Positions 28,505 through 38,076 of a stretch of 64,000 nt of DNA are shown here, one piece after another. The DNA comes from Bacteroidota bacterium (lineage in GTDB: Bacteria > Bacteroidota > Bacteroidia > Chitinophagales > Chitinophagaceae), in contig JANYEA010000105.1 in the NCBI GenBank assembly GCA_025363385.1, positions 25,038-89,037 on the forward strand, written 5' to 3'. Every line of letters begins with the position of its first letter. Position 1 is the first letter of the stretch. The position numbers were made by a program, and so were the translations under genes. The notes beneath the pieces are model-generated. The model was given only the letters and a program-made list of their open reading frames with translations, had not been told where the DNA came from and did not search any database.

Positions 28505-30925
28505 ATGCGAATTTCGTACAAACTGATTTTTCTTTGCCTGCTGAGTTATTTTTGTTTCTTCTCAGGAATAGCCCAAACAAAAAAAAAGCTCCACATTAAA
28601 GGACTCAATGCTTCCGTTGAAGTACTAAGGGATCAATGGGGCGTGAACCATATTTATGCGCTGAATCAGCACGATTTATTTTTTGCACAAGGGTATTGTG
28701 CTGCAAAAGACAGGCTTTTTCAATTCGAGATCTGGCGAAGACAGGCAACAGGTACAGTTGCGGAAATTTTAGGGGCAAGAGAATTAAAAAGAGATATCGG
28801 TACCCGTTTATTTAAGTATAGAGGCGATTTGAAAACAGAATTGAATCACTATCATCCACAAGGTGAAGCCATTATCAATGCTTATACCGAAGGTGTAAAC
28901 CGATATATAGATGAAATTATTTCGCATCCTGAATTACTCCCCATTGAATTTAAACTGCTAAAAATACTTCCCGGAAAATGGACGGCAGATGTTGTTATTT
29001 CCCGACATCAAGGGCTGCTTGGAAATATCACTGAAGAATTAAGTATTGGAAAAGCGGTTTCAAAAGTTGGTGCAAAAAAAATAAAAGAACTGATGTGGTT
29101 TCATCCAAAAGAACCCAACCTGAATATCGACACAGCGATTAATCAAACCCTATTTTCTGATAAAATTTTAGAATTGTACAATGCGTATAGAAAAGAAATA
29201 GTTTTTGAAGCAAGTGACATAAGTAAGGCTGAAGAAGATCCGGATGCAGTAATGAATTTATTGAATCAACAAATTCCCATCACAAATAATCCATCATTCG
29301 AACACGGAATAGAAGGTTCTAATAATTGGATCGTAAGTGGTTCAAGAACTGCTAGCAGACATACGATGCTTGCTAACGATCCGCATCGTAAGATCGCAGT
29401 ACCCTCTTTACGATATATGGTACATTTAGTTGCTCCAGGTTGGAACGTAATTGGTGGTGGTGAACCTGAGATACCAGGTGTATCTATCGGACATAATGAA
29501 GCAGGAGCCTGGGGACTTACCATTTATGAAACGGATGGAGAAGACCTTTATATATATGATCTAAATCCTAAAAACTTATCGCAATATTATTATAAGGGTC
29601 ATTGGGAAACCATGAAACAAATCACTGAAAAAATTGCCATTAAAAAAAGCAGTTCAGAAATAGTGCGTTTACAGTATACAGTTCACGGACCCGTAACCTA
29701 TATAGATTCTGTACATCATAAAGCATATGCAGTTAAATGTGCCTGGCTGGAACCCGGTGGTGCCCCTTATATGGCTTCACTTAGAATTGATCAGGCAAAG
29801 AATTGGGAAAGTTTTAGAAATGCCTGTAGCTATAGTCATATCCCCGGAGAAAATATGATCTGGGCTGATACTGCTGGAAATATTGGTTGGCAAACAGTTG
29901 GTATTGTCCCCATCAGAAAAAACTTTAGTGGTTTAGTTCCCGTTCCTGGTGATGGCAGGTATGAATGGCAGGGATATCTTCCTATCAAAGAAAGACCACA
30001 TCTTTTTAATCCATCAAAAGGTTTTTTTGCCACAGCCAATCAAAACGTTACAGCTTTAGATTATACCCATTGGGATGCAGTTGGCTACACATGGGCAGAT
30101 CCTTTCAGGGGCAATAGGATCAATGAAGTGTTATCGAAGGATAATAAAATGACCATCCCAAAAATGCAGTCATTACAAACAGATTATTTTTCAATTCCTG
30201 CACGTACATTCATCCCCATGCTTCTAACTATTGAATTTGAAAAAAACAGTAGTAAAGAATCGATAGAAAAATTAAAAAACTGGAATTACATACTAGATAA
30301 ACAAAGTATCCCTGCGGCCATTTATGCCATGTGGGAAAGGCAAATGATGCAAGATGCTGCTAAGCAATTCATTCCAGAAAATATAAAGGGATTGGTAAGT
30401 ATTCAATTATCAAAATTAATGGGATGGCTACAAAATCCTGATGCGAAATTTGGACTAGACTCTTTAAAAGGCAGAGATCTTTTTTTGAAGAACAGTTTTG
30501 AAAAAGCAGTAGAAGAATTACAAAAGAAATTGGGAACCAATATCGAAAATTGGCAATACGGACAAGATAAATTTAAACATAGTACCATCACTCATCCTTT
30601 AAATAGTATTGTAAATAAAAATTTAAGAGAGCAATTAAATCTTGGGCCACTTCCAAGGGGTGGTAATAGCCATACCCCAGGATCAACTGGTGGTGCAGAC
30701 AATCAATTAAGTGGCGCAAGCTTTCGATTTATTACAGATACCGGCAACTGGGATGATGCAGTAATGATCAATACGCCAGGTCAGTCTGGCGATTATAAAA
30801 GTGATTTTTATAGAAATCTATTCCCGCTTTGGGCAACCGATCAATATTTTCCTGCTTATTATTCAAAGAGCAAAATAATTAAATCAACCAAAGAGGTTAT
30901 AGAGTTAGTTCCATTAAAAAAATAA
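28505..30925 (+). CDS. Penicillin acylase (S45, Ntn-hydrolase) family protein, secreted
   Basis: The ATG at 28505 gives MRISYKLIFLCLLSYFCFFSGIAQ, a signal peptide. The family N-terminus is RDQWGVNHIYA. The candidate autoprocessing or nucleophile site is GIEGSNNWIVSG. Confidence 0.85.
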   Translation: MRISYKLIFLCLLSYFCFFSGIAQTKKKLHIKGLNASVEVLRDQWGVNHIYALNQHDLFFAQGYCAAKDRLFQFEIWRRQATGTVAEILGARELKRDIGTRLFKYRGDLKTELNHYHPQGEAIINAYTEGVNRYIDEIISHPELLPIEFKLLKILPGKWTADVVISRHQGLLGNITEELSIGKAVSKVGAKKIKELMWFHPKEPNLNIDTAINQTLFSDKILELYNAYRKEIVFEASDISKAEEDPDAVMNLLNQQIPITNNPSFEHGIEGSNNWIVSGSRTASRHTMLANDPHRKIAVPSLRYMVHLVAPGWNVIGGGEPEIPGVSIGHNEAGAWGLTIYETDGEDLYIYDLNPKNLSQYYYKGHWETMKQITEKIAIKKSSSEIVRLQYTVHGPVTYIDSVHHKAYAVKCAWLEPGGAPYMASLRIDQAKNWESFRNACSYSHIPGENMIWADTAGNIGWQTVGIVPIRKNFSGLVPVPGDGRYEWQGYLPIKERPHLFNPSKGFFATANQNVTALDYTHWDAVGYTWADPFRGNRINEVLSKDNKMTIPKMQSLQTDYFSIPARTFIPMLLTIEFEKNSSKESIEKLKNWNYILDKQSIPAAIYAMWERQMMQDAAKQFIPENIKGLVSIQLSKLMGWLQNPDAKFGLDSLKGRDLFLKNSFEKAVEELQKKLGTNIENWQYGQDKFKHSTITHPLNSIVNKNLREQLNLGPLPRGGNSHTPGSTGGADNQLSGASFRFITDTGNWDDAVMINTPGQSGDYKSDFYRNLFPLWATDQYFPAYYSKSKIIKSTKEVIELVPLKK

Positions 30926-30962
30926 ATATTTTTACTTGATCATCTACTTTCAAATATAATGT

Positions 30963-32702
30963 ATGCGCATATTTACTTTCCTTTTATTCATATTATTAAT
31001 TGAGAATACAACAGATGCACAATTAAAAACGTATTGCAACCCTATTAATATTGATTACGGATATTGCCCTATTCCAAATTTTGTAGAGCAAGGTAAACAC
31101 CGTGCAACTGCAGATCCAGTGATTACTGTATTCAAGGGAAACTATTATATGTTCTCAACAAATCAATGGGGTTATTGGTGGAGTTCGGATATGGTAAAAT
31201 GGAATTTTGTACCCAGAAAATTTCTGAAGCCATGGAATAAAGTGTATGATGAATTGTGTGCACCGGCAACTTTAGTGTTAGGAGATACCCTTTTGGTAAT
31301 TGGTTCCACTTATGAAAAAAATTTCCCGCTCTGGATGAGTACTAATCCGCAGAAAGACGAGTGGAAGGAAGCTGTAGATTCTTTTCAGGTAGGTGCATGG
31401 GATCCCGGGTTTTTTCTGGATGATAATAATCGTTTGTATATCTATTTTGGCTCGAGTAATTTTTATCCTACTTACGGTCAGGAGATAGATCGAAAAACAT
31501 TTCAACCAATTGGGGTAAGAAAAGAACTTTTAAAACTGAACGATAAAATTCATGGTTGGGAAAGATTTGGTGAATACCATGATAATACATTTTTGAATCC
31601 ATTTATCGAAGGCTCGTGGATGAACAAACACAATGGAAAATATTATCTGCAATATGGCGCACCGGGAACAGAATTTAGTGGCTACGGAGATGGTGTATAT
31701 ACAGCAGATCATCCACTTGGACCATTCACTTATCAATCGCATAATCCATTCTCATATAAACCAGGTGGTTTTGCAAATGGTGCCGGACATGGAGCAACCT
31801 ATCAGGATTTATTTAAACAATGGTGGCATGTATCTACGATTGTTATTTCCACAAAAAATAATTTTGAAAGACGCATAGGTATCTGGCCAGCACAGATTGA
31901 TACAGACGGAGTTCTTGCAACCAATACTGCTTATGGCGATTATCCGCATTATATTCCAAATGCAAAAGCTGATCATGCGGAAAGTCAGTTTACAGGCTGG
32001 ATGCTTTTAAATTATAATAAACCTATTCGGGTTTCATCTACACTCGGTGGGTTTCATGCCAACCTGGCCAACGATGAAAATATTAAAACTTACTGGAGTG
32101 CTACCAGTGGAAATAAAGGCGAATGGATTGAATCGGATCTGGGTGCGATTAGTAAAGTTCACGCAATACAAATAAATTATGCCGATCAGGATGCCGAAAC
32201 CATGGGTAAGGTGGGAGGATTATTTCATCAATACAAACTGTATGGATCGATTGATGGAAAAATCTGGAACATTATCATGGATAAGAGTAATAATAAAACT
32301 GATATACCACATGAATATATCAGTTTTGATAAGCCTATAGAAACAAGGTTTATCAAACTTGAAAACATACATATGCCATCCGGAAAATTTGCAATCAGTG
32401 GGTTACGTGCTTTTGGAATAACAAAGGGTTCAGTTCCAGATACCGTGCAACATTTTGTTGTATTAAGAGGAGATACAGAGAGAAGAAATTCCTGGTTAAA
32501 ATGGCAAGTGAATGAGAAAGCTACTGGTTATATAATTTATACTGGTATTGCACCAGATAAATTATATACAAGCATGATGGTCTTAGGCGCTAATGAATAT
32601 TATTTCTCTGCCATGGAAAAAGACCTGCCCTATTATTTTCAAATAGAAGCTTTCAATGAATCGGGAATTGGAAAAAGAACAGTAGTTATGAAAGTTGACT
32701 AA
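30963..32702 (+). CDS. Glycoside hydrolase family 43-like protein with C-terminal discoidin (F5/8 type C)-like domain
   Basis: 579 aa with a signal peptide. GH43-like blocks (ADPVITVFKGNYYMFST, EGSWMNKHNGKYYLQYG) are present. The C-terminal YWSA...WIESDLG...IQINYAD pattern is typical of a discoidin CBM. Confidence 0.75.
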   Translation: MRIFTFLLFILLIENTTDAQLKTYCNPINIDYGYCPIPNFVEQGKHRATADPVITVFKGNYYMFSTNQWGYWWSSDMVKWNFVPRKFLKPWNKVYDELCAPATLVLGDTLLVIGSTYEKNFPLWMSTNPQKDEWKEAVDSFQVGAWDPGFFLDDNNRLYIYFGSSNFYPTYGQEIDRKTFQPIGVRKELLKLNDKIHGWERFGEYHDNTFLNPFIEGSWMNKHNGKYYLQYGAPGTEFSGYGDGVYTADHPLGPFTYQSHNPFSYKPGGFANGAGHGATYQDLFKQWWHVSTIVISTKNNFERRIGIWPAQIDTDGVLATNTAYGDYPHYIPNAKADHAESQFTGWMLLNYNKPIRVSSTLGGFHANLANDENIKTYWSATSGNKGEWIESDLGAISKVHAIQINYADQDAETMGKVGGLFHQYKLYGSIDGKIWNIIMDKSNNKTDIPHEYISFDKPIETRFIKLENIHMPSGKFAISGLRAFGITKGSVPDTVQHFVVLRGDTERRNSWLKWQVNEKATGYIIYTGIAPDKLYTSMMVLGANEYYFSAMEKDLPYYFQIEAFNESGIGKRTVVMKVD

Positions 32703-32711
32703 ACTAAAAAA

Positions 32712-33359
32712 TCAAATCTGGTTTTCAATGATAAATTTCATTAGCGCACCAGGAGAATTTAATTTTAGTTTTTGCATGATGTTTTTACGATGCGTTTCAA
32801 CGGTATAAACACTTAAGTGCAGGTTCTGTGCAATATCCTGGTTAGTCATTCCATTTTTTATTAGCTGAATCAATTCCCTTTCTCTTTTTGTTAGGTTGAA
32901 CTGAGCTAAGAATTTGTCATTCACCAAAAATTCACCGGGTGCAGGCTCATCATGTTGAGGGGTTGCAAACAGTGCACCAGAATACACCATTTTAATAGTG
33001 TGAATTAATTCATCGCGTTGGCTGCTTTTTAACAGATACCCGTTTGCCCCTTTTATTTTTGCCTCTTTAATAATAGCATCGTCGAAATAACCCGATAGCA
33101 TCACAATCTTCACATTTGGGTATGACTGTCGGATGTATTTGATGGTTTCCAAGCCGTTCATCTTCGGCATATTTATGTCTAGTAGAATTAGATCTGGTTT
33201 TGTAGTAGGCAACATTTCGAGAACCTCTCTTCCATTGTTGGCTATACCACAAAGTTCAAAGTCTGGCTCCCTTCTGAGCATCATAGATAAACCTTCAATG
33301 AATAATGGATGATCATCCGCCAGCATTATTCTAATCTTTTCGTTTTCTGACATTGGCAT
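32712..33359 (-). CDS. NarL/FixJ (LuxR-type) response regulator, orphan
   Basis: 215 aa. The receiver domain is IMLADDHPLF...LILLDINMP. The C-terminal HTH is LTKRERELIQLIKNGMTNQDIAQNLHLSVYTVETHRKNIMQKL. No kinase gene is adjacent. Confidence 0.9.
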   Translation of the reverse strand: MPMSENEKIRIMLADDHPLFIEGLSMMLRREPDFELCGIANNGREVLEMLPTTKPDLILLDINMPKMNGLETIKYIRQSYPNVKIVMLSGYFDDAIIKEAKIKGANGYLLKSSQRDELIHTIKMVYSGALFATPQHDEPAPGEFLVNDKFLAQFNLTKRERELIQLIKNGMTNQDIAQNLHLSVYTVETHRKNIMQKLKLNSPGALMKFIIENQI

Positions 33360-33827
33360 TTTTAACCTGATTACCGTTTTTTCTAAAGTTACAAACTACT
33401 TGCTAATAAAGGTAAGTACTTGAAAAGACTTTCAGTTTTATATAATTGATTATATGTAGAGAATTAATGAAACAACTGATAAAAGCATTAAATAATATTT
33501 GAATGTATTTGGATTCCCTCATTTTTACTTCCCGGCATTGACACCTTAATCGGTGATTTCAACGCTAAAATAGGGTGTTTTAACTGAGATAATTGATCCG
33601 CATGCTTACTACTTTTATAAAAAGATAACAGGATGAAAATCAAGGAGTAATTGGCATTTATTCAGCAGAACGCTTAATAAAATGAGCAAATTTTGTAGTG
33701 GCCAGACTACAGGTCTATCACTACTGCTTTACAGCATCAGCGTTCAATTGAAAATAGCTTTGTAAAAGATTCAGAGTTATTCGAGAATAAAGGGAAAAGG
33801 CCATTTTACTGAATTACAGACCAAACG

Positions 33828-36329
33828 ATGAAAATAAATTTACTTAATTATTTTTTATTGATGTTTTTACTGCTAAACTGCCCATCAGTTTTAGCACAAT
33901 ACCAGTATGCAGGAACTTATAACTGGGACGGCAAACCAAATAACTTGATAACTCCTTCAGATCTTGTGACAGTTGATTTTAAATTAAATATCGCAGCTAC
34001 CCTTCCTGAGAATCGCTCTGTAGCAATCTATAACCCCCGTTTATTGAATGATAGTCGACTCGAAACAATATCATTATCAGCTAGTTCTGACGTTTGGATC
34101 AGTTTCCTGGATGAAAGTGCTGCTTCTCAAAATGCCCTAGGGTATTATACTTATCCAACAGATGCGCCACTATCATCAGCACCTGCCAACGCAGATATTA
34201 AAATCATTTTCCCTAATGCCTCTAAAGTGGGATTTGGAGGCAGCTTAGCCGCGGGTGATAAAGTTTTACTTGGACATTTTCCAGCCAATACATCGATTGG
34301 TTTTGTATGGATTGTAAACGGTTGGGATAATGCCAATAATAAAGTGGGGCTTGGAAGTTGGCATATTTTTTCAACTAGCGCTTTCAATCCTGAGGCAAAT
34401 GCAGATATCAAAAAGCATTTTGTAAGCGCATATGATACCAGCACCCGTAGAATCATTTTTGGTTTTGAAGATACCCGAAGAGATGCTGGATATAATAGCG
34501 ACAATGATTTTAATGATGCTTTATTCTATGCAACTGTTTCCCCAATAGAAAATGTAGTTAATAAAGAGAGTCTAACAAAAATTTCAAGAGATGGAAGTAT
34601 CAGTTTTTCTGGTAATTCAGGAGGCTTGGAGAGTAAAAGCTTAGGTGATGCTATTTCAAAGAGAGTGTATACAAATGCCATTAATAGCACGCAAGGGCAA
34701 ATAGATTATAAAAAACTAACTCAGCTTCAAAACCCAACCATTCAAAAAGAAGGAATGGGAGTTGGCAATTATGCAGCATTTCTTCTTAAGGATATGATGC
34801 CCTCAAAAATGATAGACTCAGGTTATTCTGCCTATATCAGCACTGCTGCAGATATTACAAGTATCACAAATGCAGTTGATGCAGTTTCTGTAGATTTTAT
34901 TTTCAATAATGAATGCCGTGCTGTTGCTTTTGCCACCAAAACCTTGAATCAAATGTATGATCACAGCAAAGCAGTATGTGATCGACTTAAAGGTGCTGAA
35001 CTTTTAGGTATAGAAAACCTCACACTGAACGGATTAAACTTTGTTAGATATACTTTACTGCAACCAAATGGACATATTGAGTACGCTACTAGTTTTTCAA
35101 TTGGAATGAAAAGCGGGAGAAATAGTTTCAGTTTTCAATCAAACTGGTTGAACAAAGATTATATCGCTGAAGAAATTTTATACAATTTTCAAGTATGGTC
35201 TGCAACACCTTACTTATCTGTTGATATTACACTTGAAATATTGAACAAACTAAATAAAATCATGCCGGTACAGACAGCGTATCAGGGAACAGAATTACCA
35301 AAATCATATATTATATCTGGAAAAAGAGAAGGAAAGAATATTAATTTAAATATCAATAATAATACATCTGCAACTATTGGATATTTTCAAATTGAAGAAA
35401 GACAATCTGAGAATTATTTAACCACCACCACAAGAAAAGTTCCTGTTTTTGTTACTGCGAAAGGTAAGTCAACAACTTCAGTTCCAGTGAGCGACAACTA
35501 TGAATCAACGATTAGCTTATATCTAAATAATAAATTACAAGATGTAGTTTTCATGGCCGATGGCAGCTGGAATATCGATTATAATAAAAATAATACTGTT
35601 GTTAACGATTTTACTGTTACAAATGATACAACAACCAATATTATTCCAAAAGATGCCCTTCCCGTATTTCGCAATGTTTCTATTGATGCAACTTCTATTG
35701 ATTTTGTGAAAGCTTATAAAATTTTAAAAGGAGGTGGAGTAGAACAAGATTTAAGGGCTTACAAATCCTTAACATTCACAGCAAAAGCAACTGGCGTTAA
35801 TATACGAATCACACTTGTGAAAAATAGTATCACTAATTGGAATGAACAGTATAGCTATTTCTTACCTGTATCTACTTCCGGCAATGTATACAGTATCAAT
35901 CTTGCTGATTTTACCTCGCCTAATAATAAAGCATTTAATGCTAATGATATCACAACCATTATTTTTTCGTTTGAAGTAGGTACTGGAAAATTAACACATG
36001 TAAATGCATCTATTAGTAAAGTGTCTTTCAAAAAAGAATCTGCAGCAGGAGTAAATACAATCGAAACAAAAAATGTGCAATTATATCCCAATCCTTCAAA
36101 AGGTAATTTTGTAGCAAGTTTTAGAGCAGAAGTTCCCAGTACAGTTACTTTAAAATTATTGGATGCCAATACTGGGCTACAAATATTGAGTAAAAATATA
36201 AATACTGTAAAAGGTGAAAATAATGTGAGCGTTGAATTGAATCAATCAATCAATACAAATATTTATATACTTTCTATTGAAGGAATATCAGATAAATATC
36301 TTCCAAAAAAATTAATGGTTCAGCAATAA
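33828..36329 (+). CDS. Large secreted protein with DUF4114-like domain and T9SS C-terminal sorting domain
   Basis: 833 aa with a signal peptide. The segment GFEDTRRDAGYNSDNDFNDALFY is a DUF4114-type motif. The C-terminal ~80 aa (VQLYPNPSKGNFVASF...NIYILSIEG) match the Por_Secre_tail pattern. Confidence 0.75.
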   Translation: MKINLLNYFLLMFLLLNCPSVLAQYQYAGTYNWDGKPNNLITPSDLVTVDFKLNIAATLPENRSVAIYNPRLLNDSRLETISLSASSDVWISFLDESAASQNALGYYTYPTDAPLSSAPANADIKIIFPNASKVGFGGSLAAGDKVLLGHFPANTSIGFVWIVNGWDNANNKVGLGSWHIFSTSAFNPEANADIKKHFVSAYDTSTRRIIFGFEDTRRDAGYNSDNDFNDALFYATVSPIENVVNKESLTKISRDGSISFSGNSGGLESKSLGDAISKRVYTNAINSTQGQIDYKKLTQLQNPTIQKEGMGVGNYAAFLLKDMMPSKMIDSGYSAYISTAADITSITNAVDAVSVDFIFNNECRAVAFATKTLNQMYDHSKAVCDRLKGAELLGIENLTLNGLNFVRYTLLQPNGHIEYATSFSIGMKSGRNSFSFQSNWLNKDYIAEEILYNFQVWSATPYLSVDITLEILNKLNKIMPVQTAYQGTELPKSYIISGKREGKNINLNINNNTSATIGYFQIEERQSENYLTTTTRKVPVFVTAKGKSTTSVPVSDNYESTISLYLNNKLQDVVFMADGSWNIDYNKNNTVVNDFTVTNDTTTNIIPKDALPVFRNVSIDATSIDFVKAYKILKGGGVEQDLRAYKSLTFTAKATGVNIRITLVKNSITNWNEQYSYFLPVSTSGNVYSINLADFTSPNNKAFNANDITTIIFSFEVGTGKLTHVNASISKVSFKKESAAGVNTIETKNVQLYPNPSKGNFVASFRAEVPSTVTLKLLDANTGLQILSKNINTVKGENNVSVELNQSINTNIYILSIEGISDKYLPKKLMVQQ

Positions 36330-36358
36330 CTTAGTTTTTTTTCGATGTTGCAAGGTTT

Positions 36359-36388
36359 ATAGCAGGAAGTTTTTCCTGCTATTTTTTT
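36359..36388. terminator. Rho-independent terminator between convergent genes
   Basis: ATAGCAGGAA / TTCCTGCTAT is a perfect 10-bp stem with a GTTT loop, followed by TTTTTT. It overlaps the stop codon of the ROK gene on the other strand. Confidence 0.85.
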
Positions 36389-37604
36389 AAGTAGAAAAAA
36401 TAGTTCTCCTAACAAGCAAGCATGCACCCATCACCCCTGCTGAAAGTCCTAATTTTGAAGTCTTCAATTGAGTATCATTATTTACTAAACTCGAAGAATA
36501 TTTGTTGAGCGAACTTTTAATAGGCAAACGGATATATTCATTAGTTGTAGATAAAAGCCCACCCAGGATCACTAATTCTGGGTTAAAAATATTAATAAGT
36601 GAAGCTACCGCCTTTCCAAGTTTTTCCCCAACAACAGATACAGATTCTATGGCAAGTATATCATCTTGATTACAGGCAAGCACAATTTCTTCTAAAGTAA
36701 TTTCATCAATTTTTTTAGGGTCTCTTTGAAGTATTGAGCCTACTCCTGCTTTTAATTTTTCTTGCACATTTCTTAGCACAGCAAATCCCGATGCCTCAGT
36801 TTCAAGGCAACCTTTTTTTCCGCACTGACAAATCATTTCATTATCATAAATCGGATTATGCCCAAACTCTCCAGAGAACCCCGATTTTCCATAATATATT
36901 TCACCATTAATAATGATCCCCAAACCAATCCCATAATCGAGATTAACGAAAAGAATATTTTTCTCTTTTTCAACTGCTCCTGAACAGTATTCGGCAAAAG
37001 CCATCGCCCTTGAATCATTGTCTATATAGGTTTTTATTCCAGTAACTTTTTCAATGATTTCTCTGATCGGTAAATCTGTGAATTGAAAAAAATTGTAATT
37101 ATGACCAGTTACTTGATTAATTCGGCCCGTTAGATTAATCCCAATTCTTAAAATCTTTGACTTAGCTAAACCTGATTGATTAATAAAATCGTTGATGATA
37201 TTGATTAATTTTTCAAGGGAGTCTTGTGAGTTTTTTAGATTGAAAGGAATGTGACTGGGCTCTTGTAACATATTCTTATTCAAATCCATTAGGCCTAAAC
37301 TAATATGGAATTTAGAGACCTCAACCCCCATAAAATATACCGAACCGGAGGCTAGTTTAAACTGATTCGCCCTTCTACCACCAGTTGATTCTATTTTACC
37401 ATTATCGTGTAATAAGTTCTCTTCAATCAATTCATTAATGGTGCTAATAATTTTGGGTGTGCTCACATTCAATTCTTTTCCAATCTCAGATATCGTGGCT
37501 AACGCATGTTTGTCCAAAAACTGAATAATGTTTTTTTTCAAATTCAAGTTCTTGAATAATACACCCGATAACTCTGCTTCATTAATACTTTTCAAAAATT
37601 CCAT
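36387..37604 (-). CDS. ROK-family transcriptional regulator (NagC/XylR-like)
   Basis: 405 aa. It has an N-terminal wHTH (IIQFLDKHALATISEIGKELNVSTPKIISTINELI). The ROK signature is GEFGHNPIYDNEMICQCGKKGCLE. Confidence 0.9.
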   Translation of the reverse strand: MEFLKSINEAELSGVLFKNLNLKKNIIQFLDKHALATISEIGKELNVSTPKIISTINELIEENLLHDNGKIESTGGRRANQFKLASGSVYFMGVEVSKFHISLGLMDLNKNMLQEPSHIPFNLKNSQDSLEKLINIINDFINQSGLAKSKILRIGINLTGRINQVTGHNYNFFQFTDLPIREIIEKVTGIKTYIDNDSRAMAFAEYCSGAVEKEKNILFVNLDYGIGLGIIINGEIYYGKSGFSGEFGHNPIYDNEMICQCGKKGCLETEASGFAVLRNVQEKLKAGVGSILQRDPKKIDEITLEEIVLACNQDDILAIESVSVVGEKLGKAVASLINIFNPELVILGGLLSTTNEYIRLPIKSSLNKYSSSLVNNDTQLKTSKLGLSAGVMGACLLVRRTIFST

Positions 37605-38030
37605 ACAGCGGTTAATTACACTACAATTTAATACAAGCTTTGGAAAGTAGTTGCATTACTACATAATATTTCAAGTTTATGCGATTGTAGAGGATTGCCT
37701 AATTGAGTTGCTTTGTATCAACAAAAGGGTTAACAAGGTTAACCAAATTGAAACCCCTAAAACTCACTTATGCAAGCTTATCATAGCTATCAAAAGCTTC
37801 CGAAAAATGACTTGTTCCTTTTTTTGAAAAGTTTCATTGAAAATTCATTTTCCATTGCCAGAATGCAAATGGAAACGGTGAATACTGAGTTTAATTTAAG
37901 TTCATCCACATCTCCGTATATAAAAAGAATAAATGGATATCAGAATCTTCATAGTACAGAACCCATTATTATTTATATCTAAAAACTTAATCGTTTGGCA
38001 AGTATAGTATAGCGTTGTTGTTTGTTTTCC

Positions 38031-38060
38031 AAAAGAGGCCAGGATAACCCGGCCTCTTTT
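38031..38060. terminator. Bidirectional Rho-independent terminator after the DUF3570 operon
   Basis: AAAAGAGGCC / GGCCTCTTTT is a perfect 10-bp stem with a 10-nt loop. An A-run and a T-run flank it on either side. It lies 17 nt beyond the DUF3570 stop codon. Confidence 0.85.
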
Positions 38061-38076
38061 AATTATTTGATTTCTG

